A DNA stretch of 64,000 bases. Source: an uncultured bacterium (GTDB lineage Bacteria; Krumholzibacteriota; Krumholzibacteriia; LZORAL124-64-63). Position numbers and translations under genes: made by a program. This document shows, one piece after another, positions 29,044 to 39,421 of the stretch. Numbering within the stretch: the first letter of the stretch is position 1; the number at the start of each line of letters is the position of its first letter. The DNA is taken from assembly GCA_963732385.1 (NCBI GenBank), contig CAVSZB010000007.1, forward strand, positions 1,216,001 to 1,280,000. The letters run 5' to 3'. Below the pieces are notes generated by a model, which ran no database searches, was not told where the DNA came from, and was given only the letters and a program-made list of their open reading frames with translations.

Positions 29044-32037
29044 CTACATCCCGGCCGTGGCCGTGAGTGGCTGGCGCAGGTCCGGCACGCGCAGACGGCG
29101 CCAGAACCAGTCCGGCGCGCCGAAGACGATATCGCCGGGTCGTCCGCCGTCACCGTCCGCCCCGCCCGCCACCGCGCGCAGCAGGCCTCCGGGAGCCGCC
29201 GCCTCTCCCTCGTAGCGCGCCGTGAACAGGACGCGGCCATCGGCGATCCGCTTGACGACCGCCCGCAGCGACTGCCCCGGCCGCAGCGAAACCTCCTGGC
29301 CCAGATCCCGTCCGCCGCGCCAGCCGCCGGCCGGGTCGGGCGTCATCAGGAGTACCGGCGTCCGGCATAGTGATTCGCCGGCCCCCGCCAGCAGTTCGAC
29401 CGCCACTTCGGACGGGCCCGCCAGCTGGTCCGCCCCCAGCCGCACCTCCACCCGCTCGAGCGGCAGCGGGAGCGGCTGTTCGAGCGCCTCGGCCAGCGCC
29501 ACCACGCGGGCGAATTGCTCCCGCCGCTCGTCCGGCGTGGAGAGCTGCAGGGGATGACGCACGGCGAATTCGGACGTCGCCGCGCGCAACGCGACCAGCG
29601 CCTTGCTCCAGTCCTGACCCCGCTGCGCCCGCGCCGCCAGATCCGCCGCGGCCAGGGTCAGCCGCTGGAAGTCCGCGTCAAAGCGGTCAGGCGTCCGCGA
29701 CCGCTCCACGGCCGGCTGGACGGCACGGGCCGCGGCCCAGCGCGCCAAAAACGGCACCCCGGCGCGCGCGCCGTAGTCCTGCCACGCCTGGGCCGTCACC
29801 CCGGACCCCTCGAAGCTCAGGAATTCGAGGGCTGCCCGCCGGTCCTCGCGCGGAAATACGGCCAGGGGTACGGAGTCCGGGGCGCGCCCGCGCGCCAGCA
29901 ACATCGCCAGAACCTGCATTCGCGTGCGGTCAAGATGATCGGCGTAGGCCTCGGGGTCGAAGACCACCGCCAGGTTGCCCGACAGTTCCCCGAGCAGCCG
30001 TTCCAGGTCGCCGGACGGTCCTTCGCCGACTGCGAGTTCCCGCGCCCGGACCAGCCCGGCATGGACGGCGAGCGTGGCGTTCACCAGGGGGGGCGACCGA
30101 TCCGCGCCGCCGGCCATGACCGTCGCCTCCAGCGCTGCGACCGCGTCCCGCACCGGCGGCGGGAACCAGGCTCCCGGTCCGAAGTCGGGCGTCAGAGCCA
30201 ACGCACCGAACCGCGCCAGGTCTTCCGCCCGCTTGAGACGCGCGAGGTCGAGCGCGACCGCCCGCCAGGCAGCCAGGCCGGCGGGCGGGGTGCCGGGCAG
30301 TTCCGCGGCTGCAGCATCGAGAGCGTCGAGCCAGCCCGCATCGCGGCGCGTCCGCCCCAGCAGGGAGGCGAGACGGGCCCGTGCGGCGAGCGCCTGCGTC
30401 GTCACGCCCACGCTTTCGACCAGCCCCTGCAGTTCCAGCCGCTGCGCGGCCGCCGCGACACCGCGCCGGTCGCGCCGACCGAGCGAATCCCACCGCGCCG
30501 CGATCCGCGTCTCTGACAGGACGCCCAGATCACGCCACGGCGCCCCCTGCTCCAGCCCGTAGCCGGCAAGTACGCACCGCCGCAGCTCCCGCAGCAACGC
30601 GCCCCCCCCGGCCGCCTGCCGCCGCACCGACTCCGCCTCGCGTTCAGGTCTCTGCGGCCACTGCAGATCGCGCTCATCCAGCGCGCAGTACTCGAGCGCC
30701 CGCCGGCGCAGATCCTCCGCGCCCCGCTCCCGCAACGCACGGAGGGCCCGATCCGCAGCCGGCCGCCGGGATTCCTCCCCGGGATCGCTGTAAGTCTCGC
30801 GCTCGTAGACCTCCAGTTCGGAGACGTAGAGCGCACCGATGTCGATGACATCCCCGAGTCCGCCCGGTGACGGATTGACCTGTGCGGGCTCAGGTCCGCT
30901 GGCGGCCGCTTGCGCGTCACGATCCGGAGCCGAGCCTCTGTCCCTCGTCCGCGATTCGCCCACGGCGGCCTGCGCCGGCTCTCGATCCGCAACGCCGGAC
31001 GGACGGACGGACGGACGTCGCGCCACCACCAGCATCACCGCCACGATAATCGCCGCCGCGGCCAGCAACCCGAGCCAGACCCGCCCTCCCGACGTCCCGC
31101 CCAGGCCGGAACGCGCCTGCATCGCGATGCGCGAACGCCGCCACAAGAGCACGTCCGGTACCGGCGAGCTCTGCGTCGTGACGGTCGCGGTAACGTTTCC
31201 GGAACGTGCAGGACCGGCCTGCTCGCGTGGCGACCCGATCTGGGCGGTGCCGAAGGAACGGCTCACCGCGTCGAGACCCATCAGGTCTCCCGCGGTCAGA
31301 TGGCGGCGCACCGCCGCCATGTACGCTTCGATCTCCGGGGGCAGCGCCTTGCGGACGGCGGCCATCAGGGAGTTGCGCCACGCCTGGAAACTGCCGGCGG
31401 CCCTGAAGACCGCGCCGGCGGCAAAGACATCCTGGCCACCCTCCGCGAAACTGGCGAAAGTCAGCCGCTGACGCACATGGAGCGGCAGACTTTCCACGAA
31501 TAGCGCCAGGAACCGGTCGCCGGTCTCCTCGATCCGCGCGAGCGGCAGCACCATCCGCCGGCTCGCGAAATAGAGCCGCAAAGCCTCATCGATCAGGTCC
31601 GCGTCGCGGGCGTCGGGCAGCGGACGCACGAGCGCCGCGAGGGACGCGGGGCGGCATTCGAGCCTGTCCAGCGCCAACCCGGAAGCCCAACGCTCCAGGA
31701 ATATCCCCTCGCGCTCCAGCCGGTACGGGCTGTACCCGAACGCCGCGTAGTCGTCTTCGGCGATGGCGAAAGAGTGCACGAGCGTACGACCCTGACCGTC
31801 CGCACAGGCCCGCGCGCAGTGGTAGAGGCGCCCCAGCGTCCCAGGCAGGGACTCCCGCAACGGCAGCGAAACAAGCGCCCGCGCGCCCCCCTCACCGATC
31901 GGCGGACTCCACCGCGCGCAAAGGGTTACGATCTCGTTCGCCACCTCCCGGGTCATGCCGTCTGAGCGAGCCAGAATGGCCGCCGCCTGTCCATCCGGCC
32001 CGGGCAGGACGCACATCAGTTGCTCGAGGAAAGCCAT
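29044..32037 (-). CDS. Large single-TM hypothetical protein, N-terminus resembling GAP1-N2/GAP1-M domains
   Basis: 997-aa ORF with AAGGA RBS and one TM segment (VWLGLLAAAAIIVAVMLVV); domain call rests on recalled motif resemblance only. Confidence 0.55.
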   Translation of the reverse strand: MAFLEQLMCVLPGPDGQAAAILARSDGMTREVANEIVTLCARWSPPIGEGGARALVSLPLRESLPGTLGRLYHCARACADGQGRTLVHSFAIAEDDYAAFGYSPYRLEREGIFLERWASGLALDRLECRPASLAALVRPLPDARDADLIDEALRLYFASRRMVLPLARIEETGDRFLALFVESLPLHVRQRLTFASFAEGGQDVFAAGAVFRAAGSFQAWRNSLMAAVRKALPPEIEAYMAAVRRHLTAGDLMGLDAVSRSFGTAQIGSPREQAGPARSGNVTATVTTQSSPVPDVLLWRRSRIAMQARSGLGGTSGGRVWLGLLAAAAIIVAVMLVVARRPSVRPSGVADREPAQAAVGESRTRDRGSAPDRDAQAAASGPEPAQVNPSPGGLGDVIDIGALYVSELEVYERETYSDPGEESRRPAADRALRALRERGAEDLRRRALEYCALDERDLQWPQRPEREAESVRRQAAGGGALLRELRRCVLAGYGLEQGAPWRDLGVLSETRIAARWDSLGRRDRRGVAAAAQRLELQGLVESVGVTTQALAARARLASLLGRTRRDAGWLDALDAAAAELPGTPPAGLAAWRAVALDLARLKRAEDLARFGALALTPDFGPGAWFPPPVRDAVAALEATVMAGGADRSPPLVNATLAVHAGLVRARELAVGEGPSGDLERLLGELSGNLAVVFDPEAYADHLDRTRMQVLAMLLARGRAPDSVPLAVFPREDRRAALEFLSFEGSGVTAQAWQDYGARAGVPFLARWAAARAVQPAVERSRTPDRFDADFQRLTLAAADLAARAQRGQDWSKALVALRAATSEFAVRHPLQLSTPDERREQFARVVALAEALEQPLPLPLERVEVRLGADQLAGPSEVAVELLAGAGESLCRTPVLLMTPDPAGGWRGGRDLGQEVSLRPGQSLRAVVKRIADGRVLFTARYEGEAAAPGGLLRAVAGGADGDGGRPGDIVFGAPDWFWRRLRVPDLRQPLTATAGM

Positions 32038-32228
32038 GTCGATCCATCCTTCACGCGCCCAAAAGCCAGAAGGTGAGAAACTTCGTCCCGCTTTGCATAT
32101 CGGCGTCCCGGACCGTCGGTTTAGAATCCCGCCACCAAAACAAACAGTTTCTTGAATTCGAAGTCGGATCGTTTAACTTCCATCTCTGGCCCGCAGACTC
32201 GCACGGCGTGCCGCCGGGAAGGCTGTGG

Positions 32229-35015
32229 ATGAAGAGCCCCGCACGTATCAGCATCCTCGTGGCCCTGGGCTTCGCCCTTGGCGTGGCAACGACCGCGCGC
32301 GCCCAGTCCAACGCCGACTGTCTCGGTTGCCACGACGACCCCACGCTGTACTCCGTCCGCGACGGCCTCCGCGTCTCCCGCCACGTCGATGTCAAGGCGT
32401 TCGACCGCTCGGCGCACGCCGGTGTGGAGTGCGTCTCGTGCCATGCGGATCTCTCCGGCAGCGACTTCCCGCACAAGGAGAAGGCCGATCCGGTCGATTG
32501 CGGCGGCTGCCACGACGAGGTCGCCGCCCTGTACGTGCAGAGCCTGCACGGAAGCAAGGTCGCCGCGGGGGACAAACTGGCGCCGCGCTGCCGGGACTGC
32601 CACGGCTCGCACGATATCCTGCCCCGCACCGACCCCGACTCGCGCGTGACCAAATTCAACATTCCCTTCATGTGCGGCTCCTGCCACAAGGAGGGGACGC
32701 CGGTCTCGCGTTTCTACAATATCCCGCAGGACAGCATCCTGACGCACTACTCGGAAAGCATCCACGGCGAGGGGCTGTTCCAGAAGGGCCTCACGATCAC
32801 CGCAGTCTGCTCGGATTGTCACACCGCCCATTTCGTCCTCCCGCACACCGACAACCGCTCCAGCATCGCGCGCGCGAACGTGGCGACCACCTGCCAGCAT
32901 TGCCACGGCCGCATCGAGCAGGTGCACGTGAAAGTCATCCGGGGCGAATTGTGGGAAAAGGCGCCCAAACAGGTGCCGGTCTGCGTGGATTGCCACCAGC
33001 CGCACAAGGCGCGCCGCATCTTCTACGCCGAGGGGATCTCCGACCGCGATTGCCTCGCCTGCCATTCCCGGTCGGACCTCACCACCAGGCACGACGGCAA
33101 GACGGTTTCCCTGACGGTGTCGGGCGACGAACTGCACGACTCGATCCACCGCAACGTGCGGTGCGCGCAGTGCCACGCCGGCGCCACGCCCGGGCACAAG
33201 CGCCCGTGCGACACCGTGACCACGAAGGTGGACTGCTCGACGTGCCACGCCGAGCCGGTCAGGCAGTACCAGGCCGGCATCCATGGCCAGCTGGCCGCGC
33301 GGGGCGATGTCGATGCTCCCCACTGCACGACCTGCCACGGCACCCACGGCACGAAGGCGCACCTTGATCCGGCCTCTCCCGTCTTCACGCGGAACGTGCC
33401 CTCGCTATGCGCGCGCTGCCACGGCGAAGGCAATCCCGCTCAGGTGCGGTACAAGGGCGATCAGAAGGACATCGTCGCCCACTACCTGCAGAGCGTTCAC
33501 GGCAAGGGACTGACCGAGAGCGGCCTGGTCGTGACCGCCATGTGTGCCGACTGCCACACGGCGCATACCGAGTTGCCCGCGGCCGACCCGGCATCGACCG
33601 TCAATCCGGCGAACATCCCGCACACCTGCGCGAAGTGCCACACCGGCATCAGCGAGATTTTCGCGCGCAGCATCCACGCCAAAGGCCAGCCGAAAGACGG
33701 CAAGCCGCTGCCGGTCTGCAGCGACTGCCATTCCTCGCACGCGATCGCCCGCACGGACGCCGAAGGCTTCAAACTCGAGATCATCGGCCAGTGCGGGAAA
33801 TGCCATGAAGCGGTCACCGAATCGTACTTCCAGACCTATCACGGCAAGGTCGTCAAGCTGGGCTCCGCCAAGACGGCGAAGTGCAACGACTGCCATGGTT
33901 CACACGACATCCTGCCGCCCATCGACCCGGCTTCGCATCTGTCGAGGCAGAATGTGGTGGCCACCTGCGCACAGTGCCATCCGGGATCGCACCGCCGGTT
34001 CGCGGGCTACCTGACCCACGCCACGCATCATGATCGCGACAAATACCCCGCGCTCTACTGGACCTTCCGCTTCATGAGCACGCTGCTCGTGGGGACTTTC
34101 CTGTTCTTCGGAGTGCACACGCTGCTCTGGCTGCCGCGCTCGTTCCAGGCGATGAAACACGCCAAGGCGCTGCGCCAGCGCTCGGAGGGGCAGAAACAGA
34201 TCCGCCGCTTCCCGCGCCTCTCGCGCCAGTTGCACGTGCTCGTGGTGACGAGTTTCCTCGGCCTCGCTCTCACCGGCATGACCCTGAAGTTCTCGTACCT
34301 CGGCTGGGCGCAATGGCTGGCCCGGGTCCTGGGCGGGTTCGAGGGAGCCGGCACGATCCACCGCATCTGCGCGGTGATAACCTTCTTCTACTTCACCCGC
34401 CACATCATCGATCTGGTCGAACGCAAGCGCGTCAGCCGGGTCTCCTGGCGTGAATTCCTGACCGGCCCGGACTCCATGACACCGGGCGCTACCGATCTGA
34501 AGGAATTCGGACAGACGATGCGGTGGTTCGTCGGTCTCGGACCGCGGCCGCGGTACGGCCGCTGGACCTACTGGGAAAAGTTCGACTACTTCGCGGTGTT
34601 CTGGGGCGTGGCGATGATCGGCACCACCGGGTTGATGCTCTGGTTCCCGGAGTTTTTCACCCGCCTGCTGCCGGGCCGGTTCATCAATGTGGCGACGATC
34701 ATCCATTCGGACGAGGCGCTCCTCGCCACGGGCTTCATTTTCACCATCCATTTCTTCAACACCCATTTCCGTCCGGACAAATTCCCGATGGACACGGTCA
34801 TTTTCAGCGGACGCATCCCGCTGGAAGAGTTGAAGGAGGATCGGCCGCGGGAATACGCAAGGCTGGTCGAATCGGGCGAGCTGGAGCAGCAGCTCGTCGA
34901 TCCGCTCCCCTCCTATGTCCTGCGGGGGCTGAAGATCTTCGGCTGGTTTGCGCTTTCGCTCGGGATCGCGCTGATCGTCCTCATCATCTGGGCGGAAGTC
35001 TTCAGGTACCGCTGA
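32229..35015 (+). CDS. CbcL-like multiheme cytochrome c / cytochrome b fusion, 19 CxxCH
   Basis: Signal peptide, 19 counted CxxCH motifs, C-terminal membrane b-type domain (IHRICA, YGRWTYWEKFDYFAVFWG, IIHSDEALLA, HFF). Confidence 0.88.
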   Translation: MKSPARISILVALGFALGVATTARAQSNADCLGCHDDPTLYSVRDGLRVSRHVDVKAFDRSAHAGVECVSCHADLSGSDFPHKEKADPVDCGGCHDEVAALYVQSLHGSKVAAGDKLAPRCRDCHGSHDILPRTDPDSRVTKFNIPFMCGSCHKEGTPVSRFYNIPQDSILTHYSESIHGEGLFQKGLTITAVCSDCHTAHFVLPHTDNRSSIARANVATTCQHCHGRIEQVHVKVIRGELWEKAPKQVPVCVDCHQPHKARRIFYAEGISDRDCLACHSRSDLTTRHDGKTVSLTVSGDELHDSIHRNVRCAQCHAGATPGHKRPCDTVTTKVDCSTCHAEPVRQYQAGIHGQLAARGDVDAPHCTTCHGTHGTKAHLDPASPVFTRNVPSLCARCHGEGNPAQVRYKGDQKDIVAHYLQSVHGKGLTESGLVVTAMCADCHTAHTELPAADPASTVNPANIPHTCAKCHTGISEIFARSIHAKGQPKDGKPLPVCSDCHSSHAIARTDAEGFKLEIIGQCGKCHEAVTESYFQTYHGKVVKLGSAKTAKCNDCHGSHDILPPIDPASHLSRQNVVATCAQCHPGSHRRFAGYLTHATHHDRDKYPALYWTFRFMSTLLVGTFLFFGVHTLLWLPRSFQAMKHAKALRQRSEGQKQIRRFPRLSRQLHVLVVTSFLGLALTGMTLKFSYLGWAQWLARVLGGFEGAGTIHRICAVITFFYFTRHIIDLVERKRVSRVSWREFLTGPDSMTPGATDLKEFGQTMRWFVGLGPRPRYGRWTYWEKFDYFAVFWGVAMIGTTGLMLWFPEFFTRLLPGRFINVATIIHSDEALLATGFIFTIHFFNTHFRPDKFPMDTVIFSGRIPLEELKEDRPREYARLVESGELEQQLVDPLPSYVLRGLKIFGWFALSLGIALIVLIIWAEVFRYR

Positions 35016-35277
35016 GCCTCGCCTGATTGTCGCCAGGAAATCCTGCCCCCGGCTGCGGACAGTCGTGATACCAACTCCTACTTTCGCAATCTGTTATCGA
35101 CGTGGTATTTTCACGAAATTGTCCCGCCAGCTTGACTCCCGGGATTCGATTCCCCAAGGTTGCGATAGGATATTGATTCAGGACTTTCGCTGCCTTGGTT
35201 AACGTCGGAACCGACGCCCCCAGGCCAGGCGTCGGACCGCCGCGAGACAGCGAGCTACGTATGGCGAGGTGACAAGC

Positions 35278-36195
35278 ATGAGCATGGACCGTCGCGACTT
35301 CCTGAAGTTCGCAGCCGCAGGCTCGACCGCCCTCGCGATCGGCGGCAGTCTGACCGCCGAGGCCGACGCCTCCTCAACCGCCCTGGACTCGCCCCGGAAC
35401 GACGCCTTCGGCGTTCTGGTGGACACCACGTTCTGCGTGGGATGCCGCAAGTGCGAGTGGGGCTGCAACCAGGCCAACGAGTTGCCGAAAATCGACAGGG
35501 AGGTCTTCGAGGACAAGTCGATCCTGACGAGTCACCGTCGCCCGGACGTCGCAGCCTTTACGGTGGTCAACCAGGTGGCCGCGCCGCCCGAAACGGAGCA
35601 GCCGGTCTTCGTGAAGATCCAGTGCATGCACTGCAACCGCCCTGCCTGCGTTTCGGCCTGCATCGTCGGCGCGCTGCGCAAGCAGCCGGAGGGTCCGGTC
35701 ACCTACGACGCCGCGAAATGCATCGGGTGCCGCTACTGCATGGTGGCGTGTCCGTTCCAGATCCCCGGCTACGAATACACGCGCGCACTCCAGCCCCGCG
35801 TGATGAAGTGCGGCTTCTGCGCCGAACGCACCATGAAGGAGGGGCGCAAGCCCGGCTGCGTGGAGAATTGCCCCAACGAGGCGCTGACGTTCGGCCGCCG
35901 CGGGGAGCTGCGCGAACTGGCCCACCAGAAGATCTCCGCCTCCCCCTCCCGCTATCTCAATCACGTCTACGGGGAGTACGAAGCGGGCGGCACGAGTTGG
36001 ATGTACCTGGCCGGCATCGACTTCGTCCGCGCCGACCTGCCGACGCTGGGCAGCCACGCCATGCCCTCTCTGACGGAGAAGATCCAGCACGGCGTTTTCA
36101 AGAACTTCGTGCCGCCGCTGGCGCTCTACGGACTGCTGGGCCTCGTGATGGCGAGTCAGCGCAAGGACGACGGGGAGGGCGGAAACGATGAGTGA
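35278..36195 (+). CDS. Tat-exported 4x[4Fe-4S] protein (HybA/HmcB/NrfC-like)
   Basis: DRRDFLK Tat motif; CVGCRKCEWGC, CMHC..PACVSAC, CIGCRYCMVACP, CGFC...CVENCP; YGEYEAGGTSWMY; C-terminal TM. Confidence 0.9.
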   Translation: MSMDRRDFLKFAAAGSTALAIGGSLTAEADASSTALDSPRNDAFGVLVDTTFCVGCRKCEWGCNQANELPKIDREVFEDKSILTSHRRPDVAAFTVVNQVAAPPETEQPVFVKIQCMHCNRPACVSACIVGALRKQPEGPVTYDAAKCIGCRYCMVACPFQIPGYEYTRALQPRVMKCGFCAERTMKEGRKPGCVENCPNEALTFGRRGELRELAHQKISASPSRYLNHVYGEYEAGGTSWMYLAGIDFVRADLPTLGSHAMPSLTEKIQHGVFKNFVPPLALYGLLGLVMASQRKDDGEGGNDE

Positions 36196-37447
36196 CCATG
36201 CATCCCCCGTGCGGGGCTCCTACCTGACGCGCGGCAGCACGGCCGTCCTGGCCGTGGCCGCCGTGGGCATCCTGATCTACCTGTCGCGAATGTTTCTTGG
36301 TCTCGAGAAAGTGACCAATCTGGACAACCAGTGGCCCTGGGGCATCTGGATCGCGGTCGATGTCGCCACCGGCGTCGCGCTGGCCGCGGGCGGCTTCACC
36401 TCCGCGGCTCTGGTCTACATCTTCGGCCACCAGCGGTACCATCCGCTGATCCGCCCGGCGCTGCTGACGGCCATGCTCGGCTACACGTTCGTCGTCATCG
36501 GGCTGCTGGCCGATCTCGGGCGCTGGTACAACGTCTGGCACCCGATGCTGCCCTCGATGTGGCAGGGCAACTCGGTGCTGTTCGAGGTCGGCATCTGCGT
36601 GATGATCTACCTGTGCGTGCTCTACATCGAGTTCGTGCCGATCGTCGCGGAACGCTTCAAGGGACGCGTTGCGCTGCGCGGAGCGCCCCAGCGCCTGAAC
36701 CGGACGATCGACAAGCTCCTGCACGCGGCCGATGCCACGCTTTCGCGCTTCATGTTCATCTTCATCATCGCCGGCGTCGTCCTGTCGTGCCTGCACCAGT
36801 CCTCGCTGGGCACCCTGATGTTGATCGCGCCGACAAAAATGAGCCCGCTCTGGTACACGCCGGTCATGCCGGCCCTCTTCCTTTTGTCGGCCATCGCGGT
36901 CGGCTTCCCGATGATCATCTTCGAATCTCTCCTGGCGTCGCGCAGTTTTCGGCTCCCTCCGGAGATGAACCTGCTCGCCGGTCTGGGGCGGATCGTCACG
37001 TTCACGCTGGGGATCTACGCCGTCGCAAAGATCGTCGACCTGACGGTGCGCGAAGCGTGGCCCTGGGCCCTCGCCGGCGGCACCCAGGCCGTGATGTTCT
37101 GGATCGAGATGCTGGGGGGCGTGCTGCTGCCACTGATCCTCTTCGCCCTGCCGCGCGTGCGGCGTGATCCCCGCGGCCTCTTCGCCGCCGCCACCCTGAC
37201 CGTGCTCGGCGTCGCCCTCAACCGGATCAACGTCTTTTTGGTGGCGTATCGCCCGCCGTTCGCCGGGCCGACCTACTTCCCGTCCGTCTTTGAGATTCTG
37301 CTCACGGCGGGGCTGATCGCCACCCTGGTGCTGGTCTACCGGGCGATCGTGATGATCTTCCCTGTCATCGCCGCGCCTCACGGCGCCGGCGCATCGATTC
37401 ACGTCGGGGAATCGGGCCGGCCGCACAGCCAGGCCCAGGCAAGGTGA
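36188..37447 (+). CDS. NrfD/PsrC-family membrane anchor (HybB/HmcC-like)
   Basis: WPWGIWIAVDVATGVALAAGGF, RPALLTAMLGY, DLGRW, SVLFEV, LHQSSLG, NRINV. Confidence 0.9.
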   Translation: MSDHASPVRGSYLTRGSTAVLAVAAVGILIYLSRMFLGLEKVTNLDNQWPWGIWIAVDVATGVALAAGGFTSAALVYIFGHQRYHPLIRPALLTAMLGYTFVVIGLLADLGRWYNVWHPMLPSMWQGNSVLFEVGICVMIYLCVLYIEFVPIVAERFKGRVALRGAPQRLNRTIDKLLHAADATLSRFMFIFIIAGVVLSCLHQSSLGTLMLIAPTKMSPLWYTPVMPALFLLSAIAVGFPMIIFESLLASRSFRLPPEMNLLAGLGRIVTFTLGIYAVAKIVDLTVREAWPWALAGGTQAVMFWIEMLGGVLLPLILFALPRVRRDPRGLFAAATLTVLGVALNRINVFLVAYRPPFAGPTYFPSVFEILLTAGLIATLVLVYRAIVMIFPVIAAPHGAGASIHVGESGRPHSQAQAR

Positions 37448-37452
37448 TCAAG

Positions 37453-38625
37453 ATGAATATCCGTCCGATCACGCGGGCCGTCGCCCTGGCTTCCGCGCTG
37501 TTGAGCCTCTCCTTTGCGCCCGGCGCGCAGGCCCAGACCAAGCGCACCGAAGCGGACGAGCGCGCCCACATGCAGATGATGAACCTCGACTGCCTCGAGT
37601 GCCACACCTGCAAGGACCCGACGAGCGCCACGGCCTGCCTCAAGGCCTGCCCGCGCCTGACGGTCGCCCAGAACACCGGCCGTCATGTGGTGGCGGAAGC
37701 CCCCGAGGGAATGGTGCTCGACTCGCTGGCCGACCAGTACCAGGGGGTCCGGTTCGGCCACAAGCTGCATGCCGGCATGTCGGAGATGAACGCCGGCTGC
37801 TCGACCTGCCACCACTTCTGTCCGCCCGGCAAGATCCCGCCCTGCGGAAGTTGCCATAGCGTCGAGGCCAGCACCCAGAATCTGCGACAGCCCAGCCTCA
37901 AAGGCGCCTACCACCGCCAGTGCATGAACTGCCATCGGGAATGGAGCCACGAGACCGACTGCAACATCTGCCACCTGCCGTCCGGCAAATTCGCGCAGAC
38001 CGGGGACAGGACCGATCCGACCGACATCATGGGCAAGTCCCACCCGGTGATCGCCGCGCCGGAAAAGCGGAGCTATCACACGCCGTACGAGAAGGGCCCG
38101 GTGGTGACGTTCTACCACCAGGAACACATCGACCTGTTCGGCCTGCGCTGCGTGGACTGCCATCAGAAGGAGAACTGCAGCTACTGCCACGACATGCAGA
38201 AGCCGGCCACCCTGAAGAAGAGCATGGAGGAAGTGCACGCGATCTGCTCGAGTTGCCACCAGACGGCCAAGTGCTCGAAATGCCACGATACGGTCGAGCG
38301 GCCCGCCTTCTCGCACGCCGCCACCGGCTGGTCGATCGGCCGCTTCCACTCCCGGCTGGAGTGCCGCGGCTGCCACCCGACCGGCAAGCGGGTCTCGAAG
38401 GTGAATCGCGAGTGCACCTCGTGCCACGGCGGCTGGAACCAGGAGAACTTCCGCCACGCCGTCACCGGCCTGCAGCTCGACGACACGCACGGCGCGGCCG
38501 ACTGCGCGGACTGCCACGCCAACCGCCGCTACGCCGAGAAGCCGACCTGCTCCGGCTGCCACGACGACAATCGCGACTTCAAATCGGTCCCGCCCGGCAA
38601 GTACGTGAGGGTCGGGGGGCGGTAG
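37453..38625 (+). CDS. Periplasmic multiheme cytochrome c (c3/Hmc-like), 13 CxxCH
   Basis: Signal peptide; 13 counted CxxCH motifs; VRFGHKLH, LKGAYHRQC, VTFYHQEH. Confidence 0.88.
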   Translation: MNIRPITRAVALASALLSLSFAPGAQAQTKRTEADERAHMQMMNLDCLECHTCKDPTSATACLKACPRLTVAQNTGRHVVAEAPEGMVLDSLADQYQGVRFGHKLHAGMSEMNAGCSTCHHFCPPGKIPPCGSCHSVEASTQNLRQPSLKGAYHRQCMNCHREWSHETDCNICHLPSGKFAQTGDRTDPTDIMGKSHPVIAAPEKRSYHTPYEKGPVVTFYHQEHIDLFGLRCVDCHQKENCSYCHDMQKPATLKKSMEEVHAICSSCHQTAKCSKCHDTVERPAFSHAATGWSIGRFHSRLECRGCHPTGKRVSKVNRECTSCHGGWNQENFRHAVTGLQLDDTHGAADCADCHANRRYAEKPTCSGCHDDNRDFKSVPPGKYVRVGGR

Positions 38626-38719
38626 GCGCCCCGCCCCGCCGCCAGGGCGGCCGCAACGCTGAGCGAAGCAGTGACGACGGCCCGGGAAACCGGGCCGTCG
38701 TCGTTCCCGTCGTTCCGGC

Positions 38720-39421
38720 TCACCGATCCGCGCCCGGATCCTTCACGACGTTCGCCGGTTCCAGTCGGCCCAGCTGCCGCAGATTGCGGATCACTCGACG
38801 CATCAGCATGCCGAGCATGATCGCCGCGAGACAGACGCCGGCGAGGTCGAATACCGTCGCGCCCACGCCCAGCACCTCGAACGGGATCGGCCCGATTGTC
38901 ACGGCGGCCGTGTTGAGCGCGATGAGCAACAGCCGCGTCTCGGTCGGCCCGACCACTCCGTATCCGAAGCGGAAGTCGTTGAAGACCTGGCTCTCCAGAT
39001 AGACGTTGATGGAGAGGATCAGATAGGCCACGACCACGGCCAGGCCGACGGCCAGCAGCATGTAGGGCGACAACCCGAGCCCCAGTCCGATCGCCAGCGT
39101 GGAGAAGGCGTCCACGAGGTGATCGAGATAGAACCCGTAGCGCGGCCGCTGGATCCGCCGCACCCGCGCGATCGTCCCGTCGAGACTGTCACCGAACCAG
39201 TTGATGACGAAGCCCAGGCTGGCGACCCACAACCATGCCGGCGACTGGTTCGACATCAGGTAGGCGAACGTGACGAGACACGACCCCCCGATCCCGATCA
39301 GCGTCAGATGATCGGGCAGCAGACCCCGCGGCAGCCGCGGCGCCAGCCAGGCGAGCAGCCGCTTCTCCCCCTCGCTGAAGACGAAGGTGGCGCGGCGGCG
39401 GGGCTCGGCGGCAGAAGTCAT
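38720..39421 (-). CDS. CDP-alcohol phosphatidyltransferase family protein
   Basis: PDHLT; DSLDGTIARVR...YGFYLDHLVD signature. Confidence 0.9.
   Translation of the reverse strand: MTSAAEPRRRATFVFSEGEKRLLAWLAPRLPRGLLPDHLTLIGIGGSCLVTFAYLMSNQSPAWLWVASLGFVINWFGDSLDGTIARVRRIQRPRYGFYLDHLVDAFSTLAIGLGLGLSPYMLLAVGLAVVVAYLILSINVYLESQVFNDFRFGYGVVGPTETRLLLIALNTAAVTIGPIPFEVLGVGATVFDLAGVCLAAIMLGMLMRRVIRNLRQLGRLEPANVVKDPGADR

Noticed and set aside
32187..32203. Possible sigma54 promoter TGGCCC...TCGCA before the 19-heme gene
   Set aside because: GG-to-GC spacing is 11, not the required 10
35100..35117. Possible Rex/CRP-like site CGTGGTATTTTCACGAA upstream of the FeS gene
   Set aside because: GTG-CAC spacing is 7 rather than 8 and the left arm is poor
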